Shown: positions 1 to 10,092, counted from the first letter of the stretch. The stretch: DNA of 64,000 nt from an uncultured archaeon (GCA_938045545.1 CALIBN010000006.1:32001-96000); one strand, 5' to 3'. Notes: generated by a model not told the origin, from the sequence alone. Made by a program: numbers and translations.

Positions 1-856
1 AATGGAAGCGCCTCAGGGGTTATTCCCACTGCAAGAGCCAGCGCGAAAAGCAAAGAGTCTATCAACGGCCTCTGGAGGAGTGCGTTCGCTGCGAAGACGA
101 ATCCCGTCATCACCGCGACTATTTCCACCAGGAACCTGCTGAACCTTGAAATGCTTCTGGAGAATTCTGTTTCGCCCGTTTCCTCAGCAAGGTATTTCAC
201 AGCCCTTCCGAAGAATGTCTGCTTCCCAGTTGAGACGACTATACCTGTTGCTGCGCCGGAGATAACGCTGGTGCCCATGAAGACAAAGTTGGAAAGCTCT
301 TGGGGAACGGGTTTAGCCTTAATCGGGTTGAAGTTTTTTCAACAGGCAATGACTCTCCTGTTAAAGTCGACTCGTTTGTAGTGAAGTTTTCACACGATAT
401 TAGTCTTATGTCCGCCGGAACTATGTCGCCGACTGTAAGCTCTACAATATCCCCTGGTACGAGTTGAGACGAATCTATCACCATTTTCTTACCGTCTCTT
501 ACAACCTTTACGCTATACCTGACGTATCTCCTTAATTTTTCAAGGGCTTTTCCAGATCTTCTTTCCAATACGAATCCGATTAGAGAGTTTACAATTACTA
601 TGATGAGGATTATAATGGCGTCCGTCAGCTCCCCTGCGAACGCTGCGATGAGGGTTGCGAAAATCAATATGTAGACTAGGGGGCTTCTAAACTGGGAGAT
701 GAATAGAAAAAGGGAGGATAATCTTTTACTGGTAGCAGCCTCGTTTAAACCGTACTCCCTAAGTCTACGGTCCGCCTCATCCCTACTGAGCCCTTGGGGA
801 GTGGTCTTTAACTCTTCGAAAACCTGTTCAGGGGGGAGCTCCCATATGTTTCTCAT
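1..856 (-). pseudogene. mgtA: Mg2+-importing P-type ATPase (MgtA-like), N-terminal part; frameshifted near 325-339 and running off the window edge
   Basis: ORF 856-239 has GLSRDEA..RL..YGLNE, LVPGDIV, GDIVPADIRL and ESTLTGESLPVEK. A different frame continues PIKAKPVPQELSNFVFMGTSV...FALALAVGITPEALP to base 1; AVGxTPE is typical of P3B ATPases. One extra A in the A6 run would restore the frame, so this may be a sequence error. Confidence 0.8.
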
Positions 857-1005
857 ATTCCCCGTTAGCCTTAGAACGACCTATATAGGTTTTGTAACCG
901 TCTTCCAGCGTGCGCTCTCTGCAACAACTTTATAAAGCATCGACCTGTTTCCTATGCATCACGCTGGCTTGAGGTTTGAAAAGCTCTTAGGCAGGAAACG
1001 AGGGG

Positions 1006-1689
1006 ATGTTTTTGAGAGTTAAGATTGCCGCTTCAATACTGTCCGCGGATTTCGCTAGGCTGGCTGAGGGCGTAAAGCAGGCGGAGTCAGCCGGAGTGGA
1101 TCTGCTTCACATAGACGTTATGGATGCGCATTTCGTGCCAAACATGACGATAGGACCGCCTGTAGTGAAATGCATCCGGAAGGAGACGAGGCTCCCCTTG
1201 GAGGCTCACCTTATGGTGGATAAGCCAGAATGGTTTATCAACGAGATGGCTAAGGCAGGAGTTGATATCATAACCATACACGTCGAGTCCACTCGCAGAC
1301 CTTTGAGCCTTATAAGGAGAATCAGAGAGCTCGGGGTCAAGCCGGGGGTTTCGCTAAACCCTGGCACTAAGGTTGGTAAAATCACGAGGCTGCTTGACAG
1401 CGTGAGCATCGTCCTTGTTATGACCGTCAACCCAGGCTTCGGCGCTCAACGATTCATGCCCGAAACGCTTCCAAAGATCACCGCGGTAAGGAGAAGCCTT
1501 TTTTCGAAGAGCCTGAGCAATGTGGATGTTGCTGTCGATGGGGGTGTGAACGTTGATACTGCGCCATTAGCTGTTAAAGCAGGTGCGACGATGCTTGTAG
1601 CCGGCTCCGCAATATACGGGTCTAACAATGTTGCAAAGGCGGTTAAAGATTTGAGAAAGAGTGTTGAGGGAGTACGCTGGGAGCCTTGA
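1006..1689 (+). CDS. rpe: Ribulose-phosphate 3-epimerase
   Basis: SILSADF, HIDVMDAHFVPN, HLMV, VMTVNPGFGAQ, VDGGVN and VAGSAI motifs. Confidence 0.95.
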   Translation: MFLRVKIAASILSADFARLAEGVKQAESAGVDLLHIDVMDAHFVPNMTIGPPVVKCIRKETRLPLEAHLMVDKPEWFINEMAKAGVDIITIHVESTRRPLSLIRRIRELGVKPGVSLNPGTKVGKITRLLDSVSIVLVMTVNPGFGAQRFMPETLPKITAVRRSLFSKSLSNVDVAVDGGVNVDTAPLAVKAGATMLVAGSAIYGSNNVAKAVKDLRKSVEGVRWEP

Positions 1690-2810
1690 GGCCTGCAATA
1701 TTTTACGACAGCATGACTTGCGATGAGGCAGGGATAAAACTGGCCGCTCAGGAAAAGGGAATAGTGCTTGAGACCGTAAATTTTCCAGTGACGGTAAACA
1801 TGCTTGGAGGCGTTGGAGAATACTCTCCGGTTATAAACAGGTGTCAATCTAAAGCGAGAAGGGAGAGAGCATCGTTCCTGCTGGAGGAGGAAGGGTGTAG
1901 AGTGATAAATGCCTTTGAAGTTGAAACCGTCTGCAACAATAAAACGTTCACTATCGCGAAGTTCATTAGAAACGGAGTTAAAACCGTTAAGACTGCATAC
2001 GTTCCTTTCGCCGTCGAAAAAGAAGGGGAGAAACCCGTATACAGGGTTGAAGACATCAGTAAAGTAGTTGAAAGAATAGAGTTTTCATTCGACTACCCGT
2101 TGGTTGTTAAGCCTGAAAGAGGCAGCCGGGGGAGGAACGTCATGCTGATTGAGGAGAGGAAGCAGCTTGAAAGCGTGCTTAAAAGATGGGTTAGAAGCCT
2201 AGACAGTCCTTCAGGCCTGCTGGTGCAGAGTCTCGTGAACAAGGCTTTCGACTTAAGGATAGTAGTGGTTTCTTACGATGGGGTTAATCATGTCTGTATA
2301 GCGTCTCTGGCAAGAGTCCCTTCCTCGAGAGAGGCTTTTGCAACGAACACTGCCATGGGTGCCGTGCCCGTAGGCGTGAGTATTCCTGGAAGGATTTGGA
2401 ACGAGGCTGTCAAGGCTGCCGCGGCCGTTTCAAAGAAAATAGGTGTACTTGGGGTTGACGCAATACCTGAGGCGGATAATGAAGCTGTCGAAAAAGTTGT
2501 CGAATACGCTAATATCCTTGCACCCGTTCATGAGCGGGTTAAAAGGCTTAAGGAGTATTTTTCCAGAAGCGTCAGGCTCCCGCCGGAGAAGTTTCTAGAG
2601 GCCAGGGGGAAGATGGATGAAGCTTTCAAAGAAATGTTTAGAACGCCGGAGTACGTCAAGCTTAGAAGCTTTCTGGAAGAGGTTTTGGACGATGCGGATG
2701 TCTACTTCATAGAGGTTAATTCTCGCCCAGACTTCTACATTAACACTAGGAACTGTACGGGGGTGGATGTTTCAGAAGCATACGTAGAATGCTTAGAGGC
2801 GATGCTTTGA
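1686..2810 (+). CDS. RimK/LysX-like ATP-grasp ligase with a helical insertion
   Basis: VIN..CNNK, PLVVKPERGSRGRNV, DLRIVVV, TNTAMG, GVD, FIEVNSRP; 4-nt overlap with rpe. Confidence 0.75.
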   Translation: MRPAIFYDSMTCDEAGIKLAAQEKGIVLETVNFPVTVNMLGGVGEYSPVINRCQSKARRERASFLLEEEGCRVINAFEVETVCNNKTFTIAKFIRNGVKTVKTAYVPFAVEKEGEKPVYRVEDISKVVERIEFSFDYPLVVKPERGSRGRNVMLIEERKQLESVLKRWVRSLDSPSGLLVQSLVNKAFDLRIVVVSYDGVNHVCIASLARVPSSREAFATNTAMGAVPVGVSIPGRIWNEAVKAAAAVSKKIGVLGVDAIPEADNEAVEKVVEYANILAPVHERVKRLKEYFSRSVRLPPEKFLEARGKMDEAFKEMFRTPEYVKLRSFLEEVLDDADVYFIEVNSRPDFYINTRNCTGVDVSEAYVECLEAML

Positions 2811-2823
2811 ATTTTTCGACTAG

Positions 2824-4005
2824 CTATATTGTAAAGCCGAGAAGCAGGAACTTTGCGGCAGCGTACGCGCCTACGAAAAGTATAGCTTTAACCCATTGGA
2901 ACTCATGAACAACCCTGAGCGATATGGCAAAAAGGAGGAACTGCCATATTGATATGGCTATGATTAGAACCTGAACTATCGGGCTAATCTTCTCGTTTAT
3001 AAGGTTGACTAAAGGCCGCGGGTCAGGGCTTTGCGCCACCTCCGTGTAGAAGCTTGAAGAAATCTCGTAGCTTTCCACCTTCATACGCGCATCGTAGACA
3101 TTCAAAGTCACGGTGTACGGTATGGACATGTTTTCTTGAACCGGTGAGACATAGGTGTTGTTCAGGAGCAGGGTTAAGTCAACAGTGAACCTCTTAACGC
3201 AATCCCCTGTGCAGTAGTCTCCGCTGTCAAAAACGTTTTTCATTATCAATGGAGTGTCATAGTTTATACTTGTACCGTTTAACCAAATGCGTTTCATGGT
3301 CTTATTAATTCCCGATAAGGTTACCGCAGCATAAGTAATATTGATTTCTCCTTCAACTATTCTAGTGGTCCCTATTATCGCGCCGGTGCTACTAATCGTA
3401 GCGTTTAACGGGATGTCATAGTAACCTCTGACCCTTATTGTTAAATTGGACTCTTCCCCAACGTAATCCCTTAAACCTATGACTATGTTATCCTCATACT
3501 GTCCTCTCGCAGGATAGCCTACGAGTGTGAGAACCCCTGTTGGAACCGCTGGCGTAGACAGGATCAGTAAAATGATAATCACAAGGCCCAAGACATTGGG
3601 GAAGTGCACATAGCCTGTTACAGAAATGCCCTGTTTAAAGTTTCCATATCCGCCTATAAGTCTTCCGCTCGAGAAAATAAGCAGTAACAGAAGTATGCCG
3701 AACAAGACTATAATTATGTATTGCATCAACCGGAATTGAATAAGACTGTTTACGAAAGAATCTATCTGCCCCGTGTAGAAAGCTGCCGGAATATCCATTT
3801 TCACCCTATAGAAAACATAGTATTGAGCAAAAGTTAATATCACGAGGATCGGCGGGATGACCGCCATTGGAAGAACGCTGGGCGAATCCTTGACTCGGAG
3901 AAACGCTTCCTTCGGATTTATGATTACTAGCAGAATTTGCCTCAGAAAACGACGTGGGGCTGGCGCCTCTTCCTCCTCCTTCAAACCCTCTTGCTCAACA
4001 GACAA
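2824..4005 (-). CDS. Yip1-domain membrane protein with a large extracytoplasmic insert
   Basis: IINPKEAF start motif, GGYGNFKQ..SVTGY..FP, C-terminal SLRVVHEF.W.KA. Start placed at TTG 4005 because the longer ORF overlaps the divergent gene. Confidence 0.65.
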   Translation of the reverse strand: MSVEQEGLKEEEEAPAPRRFLRQILLVIINPKEAFLRVKDSPSVLPMAVIPPILVILTFAQYYVFYRVKMDIPAAFYTGQIDSFVNSLIQFRLMQYIIIVLFGILLLLLIFSSGRLIGGYGNFKQGISVTGYVHFPNVLGLVIIILLILSTPAVPTGVLTLVGYPARGQYEDNIVIGLRDYVGEESNLTIRVRGYYDIPLNATISSTGAIIGTTRIVEGEINITYAAVTLSGINKTMKRIWLNGTSINYDTPLIMKNVFDSGDYCTGDCVKRFTVDLTLLLNNTYVSPVQENMSIPYTVTLNVYDARMKVESYEISSSFYTEVAQSPDPRPLVNLINEKISPIVQVLIIAISIWQFLLFAISLRVVHEFQWVKAILFVGAYAAAKFLLLGFTI

Positions 4006-4117
4006 TTTTGACGGTTCTTCACCGCGGCCATTATTAAACTTTTTAGACGCAGGGTTGCTGGAGCCAGAAAGTAAGCTTCTCGAAAAGTTTATTTGAAAAC
4101 TAGCGTAGAAAAACTGT

Positions 4118-5473
4118 GTGTCAGCGCCTAGTCGCCAAAATAGTGTCGATTGGATTTTCAAGTATTACTCTCAACCGAGGGTCATAGAGGATCTTTTAGA
4201 TTATGGTAGAAACAGGTGGATAGCTGTCGAAGGCAACTCCAAGGGAAGAGTCTTCATAAGGCATGGTAGAGACGGCTCGCCCCTTAGATTCGAGGATTCA
4301 AGCAGCGTAATCAGGCTGCTTAAAGAATTCTGGTTTGTTAAGCCTAGGTCTTTCTACGGCTCGGCTAACAAATACGGTAGGCTTTCGGCGAACGAGGACT
4401 TAGAGGATGTCTCCAACATTCTCCGTTCGACTCCAACCTGGGATGTTGACAACAGCGTTGAAAAGTGGCGCGAAACCCTGGCTGTTTGCAGGCTGATAGT
4501 TGAAACGCTTGAGAAGGAGAACGTTGTGAAGTCAGTGTATCTCAAGTGGAGTGGGAGAGGGTGTCATGTGCATGTTTCTGAAGAAGCTTTTTCCAGGGAG
4601 TTTCTTAAAAAGCATCATCCTCTTGACGCTGCTTTCGCGGTAGTCGAGTACGTCACCAGGATTGTTAAGCCTAGGCTTAATGCTCTAGCTGCCGGCGCCA
4701 AGGTTGAGAACAAGATGGATTTGAAACGGGTTTTCACGCTTCCGCTCTCGCTCCACAGGAAGCTGGACTCCGCATGCGTCTGCTTCAAACCCGATGAGAT
4801 CAACGTCTTTGATCTCTCATGGGTGGACCCTAGAAACTTTAAGCATAAACCCGCCTACAAGGATTTTGAAGCGGGAGAGGCAGACGGGCTTGCTGAAAAA
4901 GCTTTATCTTCCGTCGGAGGGTATTTCAAAAGGGTGGCTCCGATGTCTTCCAGCAGAGTTGGCAGCAGGAAGGATGAGGCACCTAGGCTTGGAAGGTTCC
5001 AGGTTATGGCGTTGCTGCAGGCTGCCCGATGCTTCCTTTTAACCGGGGACATTGAGAAATCCAAGTCTTTCGGTTTAAACAGGGCAATATTCTACGCTTG
5101 GGCTAAGCATAGAGGGGTTGAGGCAAAGAAGCCTCCTGGCGGAAGAGGAGTTGTAAAGCATGAAAAACGGGTGGGGGAGGTGAATATGTTCTATTTGGGG
5201 AACGAGGCGGCCTACTTGTCTGACGACGGGTGGCTTACAATAGGTGACGCTAAGCAGACTCCGCAGGACTATGATGCCCAGATAGCCAAGAGGATAAACA
5301 GCGTCATTCCCTATGAGGAGGCTTGGAGGAGAGCCCTTGAATACATTGGAAGATTCCCGCGAGAGACTCTGCTTGACCAACAGAAGTTTTTCAACCAGGT
5401 TTACAAGCCTGTGAGAGACTCGTTTATCGAAACAGTCTACAGAAGGGAAACCGGCTCAGGAAGCAGCGTTTAG
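4118..5473 (+). CDS. Archaeo-eukaryotic primase (AEP/PriS-like) domain fused to an uncharacterised C-terminal domain
   Basis: AEP motif I TWDVD, motif II KWSGRGCHVH, motif III KMD.KRVFTLPLSLH; linker then GRFQVMALLQAAR...GLNRAIFYAWAK domain. Confidence 0.7.
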   Translation: MSAPSRQNSVDWIFKYYSQPRVIEDLLDYGRNRWIAVEGNSKGRVFIRHGRDGSPLRFEDSSSVIRLLKEFWFVKPRSFYGSANKYGRLSANEDLEDVSNILRSTPTWDVDNSVEKWRETLAVCRLIVETLEKENVVKSVYLKWSGRGCHVHVSEEAFSREFLKKHHPLDAAFAVVEYVTRIVKPRLNALAAGAKVENKMDLKRVFTLPLSLHRKLDSACVCFKPDEINVFDLSWVDPRNFKHKPAYKDFEAGEADGLAEKALSSVGGYFKRVAPMSSSRVGSRKDEAPRLGRFQVMALLQAARCFLLTGDIEKSKSFGLNRAIFYAWAKHRGVEAKKPPGGRGVVKHEKRVGEVNMFYLGNEAAYLSDDGWLTIGDAKQTPQDYDAQIAKRINSVIPYEEAWRRALEYIGRFPRETLLDQQKFFNQVYKPVRDSFIETVYRRETGSGSSV

Positions 5474-5496
5474 AAAGTTAAACAAAAGCACTAAAT

Positions 5497-6813
5497 CTAA
5501 TCGTTATTTTTAGCGATTTTCCTTAACGGGTCTGTTTCCACGTATTTTATTAGTATTAGCAGGCAGGGGATTAATGTTACTGAGGACACTGGGCCCCATA
5601 GCAGTAGCCCCATAGAGTAGGTCTGACCCTGGGCAGGGGGCAGGTCTGCCAGGATGCCGGAAATGTAGCGGGCTAAGGCTTGCAGTATGTTCAACGGCAC
5701 GCTGACTAAGCCCACGTAGCTGCCTGCACGGGCCTCCCTCTTCGTGACCTCGTCTTCCTGCGCCATGTCTGCTGTAACAGGGTTCGGCAAGAGGTACCAG
5801 CCTGAGATCCCTGCTCCGACGAACGCGACAAACAGGACTGCTTGAACCATGCGGGGGACAGGGTCTAGGGCTGGCTGGCCGAAGACTAATGTGAGGGGCA
5901 GGAAGACCACAAGGATCATTAGAGATGTTACCAGCGGCTTCTTCTTCCCGGTTCTCCTCGCTATCCTGGCCCATACGAAGAAAAGCACTATTGTTAGAAG
6001 GAGCATTAGGCCTCCTGCCATCATGTACTCAACATCCCCTAGGCCCAGAACCCTCTGCAAATAGCTTATAACTAGGCTTGCTAGAACAGCTGTTGGAATC
6101 GACATGGCTCCTTGGAGGGCAAGCCACGCCCTGTAGTTCCTGTTGCTCCAAAGTATTGACAGCTCTCTTCGCACATCCGGCTTCGGAATAGGCTTCTCCT
6201 CCTCCCTTATAGTTAAGACAGCCGGCATGTATAATGCTATTTCTAAAACAGCTAGGCCAAGTAGCAAACCCAGATAGGAGAAGGAGCCGGTTTTCAGAAG
6301 GGAAGGAAGCAGGAAGCCAACAGGTATCCCGACGACCTGCGCCATCATGCCGAAAATATTTTGATACGCTGAAACGATTACTCGTTCTTCAGGGCTAACG
6401 ATTTCCGCAAGCCACGCCATATAGGGTGTGCTTAGAAGCCCGTAGCTCATGTTCGCAAGGCTAAGGAAAAAAGTCGCGTAAGCGAATAACTGTGCCTCAT
6501 CGGAAACCGATATGAAGTAGCTTGGCATGAATATCATTATCGTTGAGAAAGCTAGAAGCAGACTCCCCGCTAAAACGTATTGCCGCCTTCTACCCCATCT
6601 TCTCGACTTGGTCACGTCACTCAGATAGCCAAAGTACCAGCCGAAAAAGGCTATGACAAGCTTTCCGGTGGCGAAGGCAACACCTGTTAAAAACCCGCTT
6701 AGCTTAAGAAAATCCCAGTAGAACCAGAATGTTGCGAGATCTATGAGAGACAACAGGATGGAGGACCCAAGCCTCCCCATAGCGTAAATCAGCTTTCCCC
6801 TCCCAGTTAACAA
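5497..6813 (-). CDS. MFS transporter, glycoside-pentoside-hexuronide (MelB-like) family
   Basis: GYLSDVTKSRRWGRRR, PYMAWLAEI..EER, DMAQEDE..REARAGSY; about 12 TM segments. Confidence 0.85.
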   Translation of the reverse strand: MLTGRGKLIYAMGRLGSSILLSLIDLATFWFYWDFLKLSGFLTGVAFATGKLVIAFFGWYFGYLSDVTKSRRWGRRRQYVLAGSLLLAFSTIMIFMPSYFISVSDEAQLFAYATFFLSLANMSYGLLSTPYMAWLAEIVSPEERVIVSAYQNIFGMMAQVVGIPVGFLLPSLLKTGSFSYLGLLLGLAVLEIALYMPAVLTIREEEKPIPKPDVRRELSILWSNRNYRAWLALQGAMSIPTAVLASLVISYLQRVLGLGDVEYMMAGGLMLLLTIVLFFVWARIARRTGKKKPLVTSLMILVVFLPLTLVFGQPALDPVPRMVQAVLFVAFVGAGISGWYLLPNPVTADMAQEDEVTKREARAGSYVGLVSVPLNILQALARYISGILADLPPAQGQTYSMGLLLWGPVSSVTLIPCLLILIKYVETDPLRKIAKNND

Positions 6814-6986
6814 CCGTGATTCACAACTGTGATGGACTGCAACACATGTATAAATGTTTTTGCAAACTGGTTATAAGCCAGCTGAGAGCTGGGGAACACG
6901 TATCCTTCGGAAATGACTTTTCGAAATCACATTTTGAGAGCCATTTTTAAATACTGTTAAGGCTTTTTAAAGCTGGTGGATGGAAA

Positions 6987-7613
6987 GTGAGGATTGAGCC
7001 TAGGAAAACTGTGGAAATAGACGTTTTAGAGGAAGACCTGTTCGTCGGAGAAGGTTCAACCATCAAGGCGAAGACAGGTGAAATGATCATTGTGAAAGGA
7101 GTTGTGGAGTTTGAGGGGGATTGTAATATCCTTTCCAGCTTACGTGCTTCCGGCCTCCGCCTCAAAGACGAGGGGAGGATTAAAGTTCAGGGCGACCTTA
7201 TCGTAGAGGGGTCCATCGACCTCGAGGACGGGGAGCTGTGGGTAAGCGGGAGGCTTGAGGCTCAAGACGTGGACGTCGGAAAGATGGTCAAGGTGGGCAA
7301 GGGCCTGAGATGCTCGGAAATAAGCGTCGGAGGAGCTTTAGAAGCCATGGGCAACGTAGAAGCTGAGAGAATAGATGTGGGGGGAAGGGCCTCTATTCAA
7401 GGAAACGTGAAGGGACGTGACCTCAACGTAGGGGGAGCCCTAACCGTTAAGGGTTTAACGGAGCTTGAAAGCCTTGACGTGGGCGGCATGGCGAGGATCA
7501 GCGGCGGGAGAATACTCAATATAAGCGTCGGAGGATCCTTCGAGTCGACCGGAAAACTGTCCTTCGAGGAGTTGGATGTTGGAGGAGTTGCGAAGTTAAA
7601 GGCGGTGGGTTGA
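6987..7613 (+). CDS. Bactofilin-like/polymer-forming beta-helix protein, first of a pair
   Basis: About 17-aa repeats (I/L)xVGGxLx(V/I)xGx. Confidence 0.65.
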   Translation: MRIEPRKTVEIDVLEEDLFVGEGSTIKAKTGEMIIVKGVVEFEGDCNILSSLRASGLRLKDEGRIKVQGDLIVEGSIDLEDGELWVSGRLEAQDVDVGKMVKVGKGLRCSEISVGGALEAMGNVEAERIDVGGRASIQGNVKGRDLNVGGALTVKGLTELESLDVGGMARISGGRILNISVGGSFESTGKLSFEELDVGGVAKLKAVG

Positions 7614-7614
7614 G

Positions 7615-8217
7615 ATGGAAATAAAGGGTTCTCGCATTTCGGTGGGCGGTAGTCTAAGGGTTGAGGGGGACGCGGAGATCGACGAAGTAGAGGTAGGAGG
7701 GACAATCAAGGTTGAGGGTTTCATAAAGGCGAAGAGGATTGAGGTTGGAGGAGCGCTAAGTGTTGATGGGAATGCCTCCGTGGAAAACAGGCTGGAGGTG
7801 GGCGGGGTAGCGAAGGTGAGCGGGGAGCTGAAAGCCGGCATAGTCGAAGTGGGCGGCGCTTTGAAGGCTGACGTCCTTTTCGCTGAGGTCGCGAAAGTCG
7901 GCGGGAGGGTTGAGACCAGAAGGGGCTCAAGGGTCAGGACGTTCGAAATAGGGAAGAAGGGGGAGGTTATAGGCCCGATCGTCGCGGAGAACGTCAAAAT
8001 AGGCCGTAAGGCGAGCGTTGAGGACATCTACGCCGACCGGCTTGAACTCGGAGAAGATTCTTCCGCCCGCAACGTCTACGCGAGGGAAGCATATTTGAGA
8101 GAGGGATGCGAGGTCACGGGGGAGCTCCTTTACGTCGATAAGCTGGAATTGGGGAGAAACGTCAAAACGTATTCCGAGCCTCGAAAGGTGGAGAAGCTGC
8201 CCGAGCCCTCCACTTAG
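7615..8217 (+). CDS. Bactofilin-like/polymer-forming beta-helix protein, second of a pair
   Basis: Same VGG repeats; C-terminus EDIYAD.LELG...GCEVTGELLY; starts 1 nt after the upstream TGA. Confidence 0.65.
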   Translation: MEIKGSRISVGGSLRVEGDAEIDEVEVGGTIKVEGFIKAKRIEVGGALSVDGNASVENRLEVGGVAKVSGELKAGIVEVGGALKADVLFAEVAKVGGRVETRRGSRVRTFEIGKKGEVIGPIVAENVKIGRKASVEDIYADRLELGEDSSARNVYAREAYLREGCEVTGELLYVDKLELGRNVKTYSEPRKVEKLPEPST

Positions 8218-8255
8218 AGCCCCCTATAGTTACAACTAGAATATGGTGGAAACGC

Positions 8256-8516
8256 ATGGGCAGGCCCAAGAGGCATAGGCTCCAACTGTATGCGGATATC
8301 CTCAGGGTCCTGAGGGTCTATGAGGGGGGCTGCGGGATAACGAGGCTATCGTACGGGGCCAACATGCCCCTGGACAGGGCTAAGAGGCTCGTTGGAGAGC
8401 TGATTTCTCACGGTTTGATAGGTAGAAGGACCGATGACCCGAGAATATTCGTCTTAACAACCAGGGGAATGGAATTCCTGAATGCCTTCGACAAGCTTGC
8501 AATGTTCCTCGAATAA
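8256..8516 (+). CDS. Small winged-helix transcriptional regulator (archaeal HTH_45/ArnR1-like)
   Basis: RHRLQLYADILR...ITRLSYGANM......L..GLI....FVLTTRGMEFL. Confidence 0.8.
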   Translation: MGRPKRHRLQLYADILRVLRVYEGGCGITRLSYGANMPLDRAKRLVGELISHGLIGRRTDDPRIFVLTTRGMEFLNAFDKLAMFLE

Positions 8517-8616
8517 CTCTGAACCCAATACAACGCTTGAAAGGACAGCGTGGTTCAGATCGAGGGGAATGGCAAGACTTATTTAGTCATCATTACCGCC
8601 TGGTCAAGAAGGAAAA

Positions 8617-9960
8617 ATGTCCGTGCTTACGGATGGGATGAAGGCAGCCGAAAAACTCCTCCGCGAATGGAGGGGGGAATCGTACGTGTTTGGGGAGAAC
8701 GTACTGAACAGGGTCGGAAGTCTCGCGAAAGAATATGGGGACTATGCCCTCGTAGTGGCGTCGAGCGCCAACCCCTGGATTCAAAAACTGCTGGCAAAGG
8801 TTTCTGACTCCCTTAATGAGCAGGGGGTTAAGCATGATGTTGTGCTGGGCTCCAGGCCCAACTCTCCCTTGGCAGACCTTTACAGGATAGCTTACCATGC
8901 TGCACTATACAGGCCCAAGAGCATTATTGCACTGGGAGGAGGAAGCACGATAGACGCCGTCAAGGCTGCAAGCGTGCTGGCCACCTATTCGCCTGCTGAA
9001 GTGAGCCGCACATTGGGAGTAAGCTGGGATAAGGCTTGCACAATAGAGCCGTATTTCGGCACAGGTCTCGTCACCATGATGAAGAAGGCGACGGGCAGGG
9101 ACATCATGCCGGTTATTGCGGTGCAAACAGCCTCAGGCTCAGCCTCCCACCTGACCAAGTATTCGAACATAACTGACCCCGTGGCTGGGCAGAAGAAGCT
9201 GATCGTAGACGAGGCCATAGTTCCGAAAAAGGCTGTCTTCGACTACCTCGCGACGCTCGGTGCGCCAAGGGATCTAACTGTCGACGGGGCTCTCGACGGC
9301 ATTTCCCACATCTGGGAAGTATTCATGGGGGCAACTGGCAAAGACTACTACGGCAGGATAAAGGAGATCGCTCAGATTGGAATAAGGCTCATAGTGAACA
9401 GCCTTAGGCAAGCCGTAGAGAGGAACGATTTGAAGGCTAGGGTTGCCCTCGGACTCGGGACCGATCTTGGAGGATACGCTATAATGATTGGTGGAACAAG
9501 TGGTCCTCATCTCGGTAGTTTCTCGCTAGTCGACGTCCTGACGCACGGTAGGGCGTGCGCGATTCTCAACCCTTACTACACAGTGTTCTTCGCCGACAGG
9601 ATAGAGGATCAGCTTACAACTATCGCTCCAATACTTAGAGACGCAGGCCTCATAAGTGAGGACCCGCATGTTCTTAAGGGTAGAAAGCTGGCTGAAACCG
9701 TGGCTAAGGGCTTCCTCTCTTTCTACAGGTCTCTAGGGATTCCAACTACGTTGAAGGAGGCTGGGGCTTCAAGGCTGCACCTGGAACGCATGATGCTTGC
9801 GGCAAAAGACCCGCAGCTCAAGATGAAGCTGCTTAACATGCCAATACCATTAGACCCTGAAAGAGGAGATATAGAGAGATACATGAGAGGAATATTGGAG
9901 GCAGCGTTCACAGGAGACCTTAGCCTAATAAGCAGTATGACCCTAGCTAGGCTCAGTTAA
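8617..9960 (+). CDS. Iron-containing alcohol dehydrogenase family protein
   Basis: IALGGGSTIDAVKA, VQTASGSAS, DGISHIWE, THGRAC. Confidence 0.85.
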   Translation: MSVLTDGMKAAEKLLREWRGESYVFGENVLNRVGSLAKEYGDYALVVASSANPWIQKLLAKVSDSLNEQGVKHDVVLGSRPNSPLADLYRIAYHAALYRPKSIIALGGGSTIDAVKAASVLATYSPAEVSRTLGVSWDKACTIEPYFGTGLVTMMKKATGRDIMPVIAVQTASGSASHLTKYSNITDPVAGQKKLIVDEAIVPKKAVFDYLATLGAPRDLTVDGALDGISHIWEVFMGATGKDYYGRIKEIAQIGIRLIVNSLRQAVERNDLKARVALGLGTDLGGYAIMIGGTSGPHLGSFSLVDVLTHGRACAILNPYYTVFFADRIEDQLTTIAPILRDAGLISEDPHVLKGRKLAETVAKGFLSFYRSLGIPTTLKEAGASRLHLERMMLAAKDPQLKMKLLNMPIPLDPERGDIERYMRGILEAAFTGDLSLISSMTLARLS

Positions 9961-10092
9961 TAGAGCATTTGGCGTATTGAACCACCTTAAACCAGCCTTA
10001 TGCCTGTTAAAACCGGGTGCCGACAGTAATGCTTAATAGTTAAATAATATTTCCAGACATGAACAGCCCTGACGGAGTTTGCAAGAATACCT

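Noticed and set aside
7200-7950. Periodic GTNGGNGG sequence as a DNA repeat array
   Set aside because: It is explained by VGG protein repeats with variable codons.
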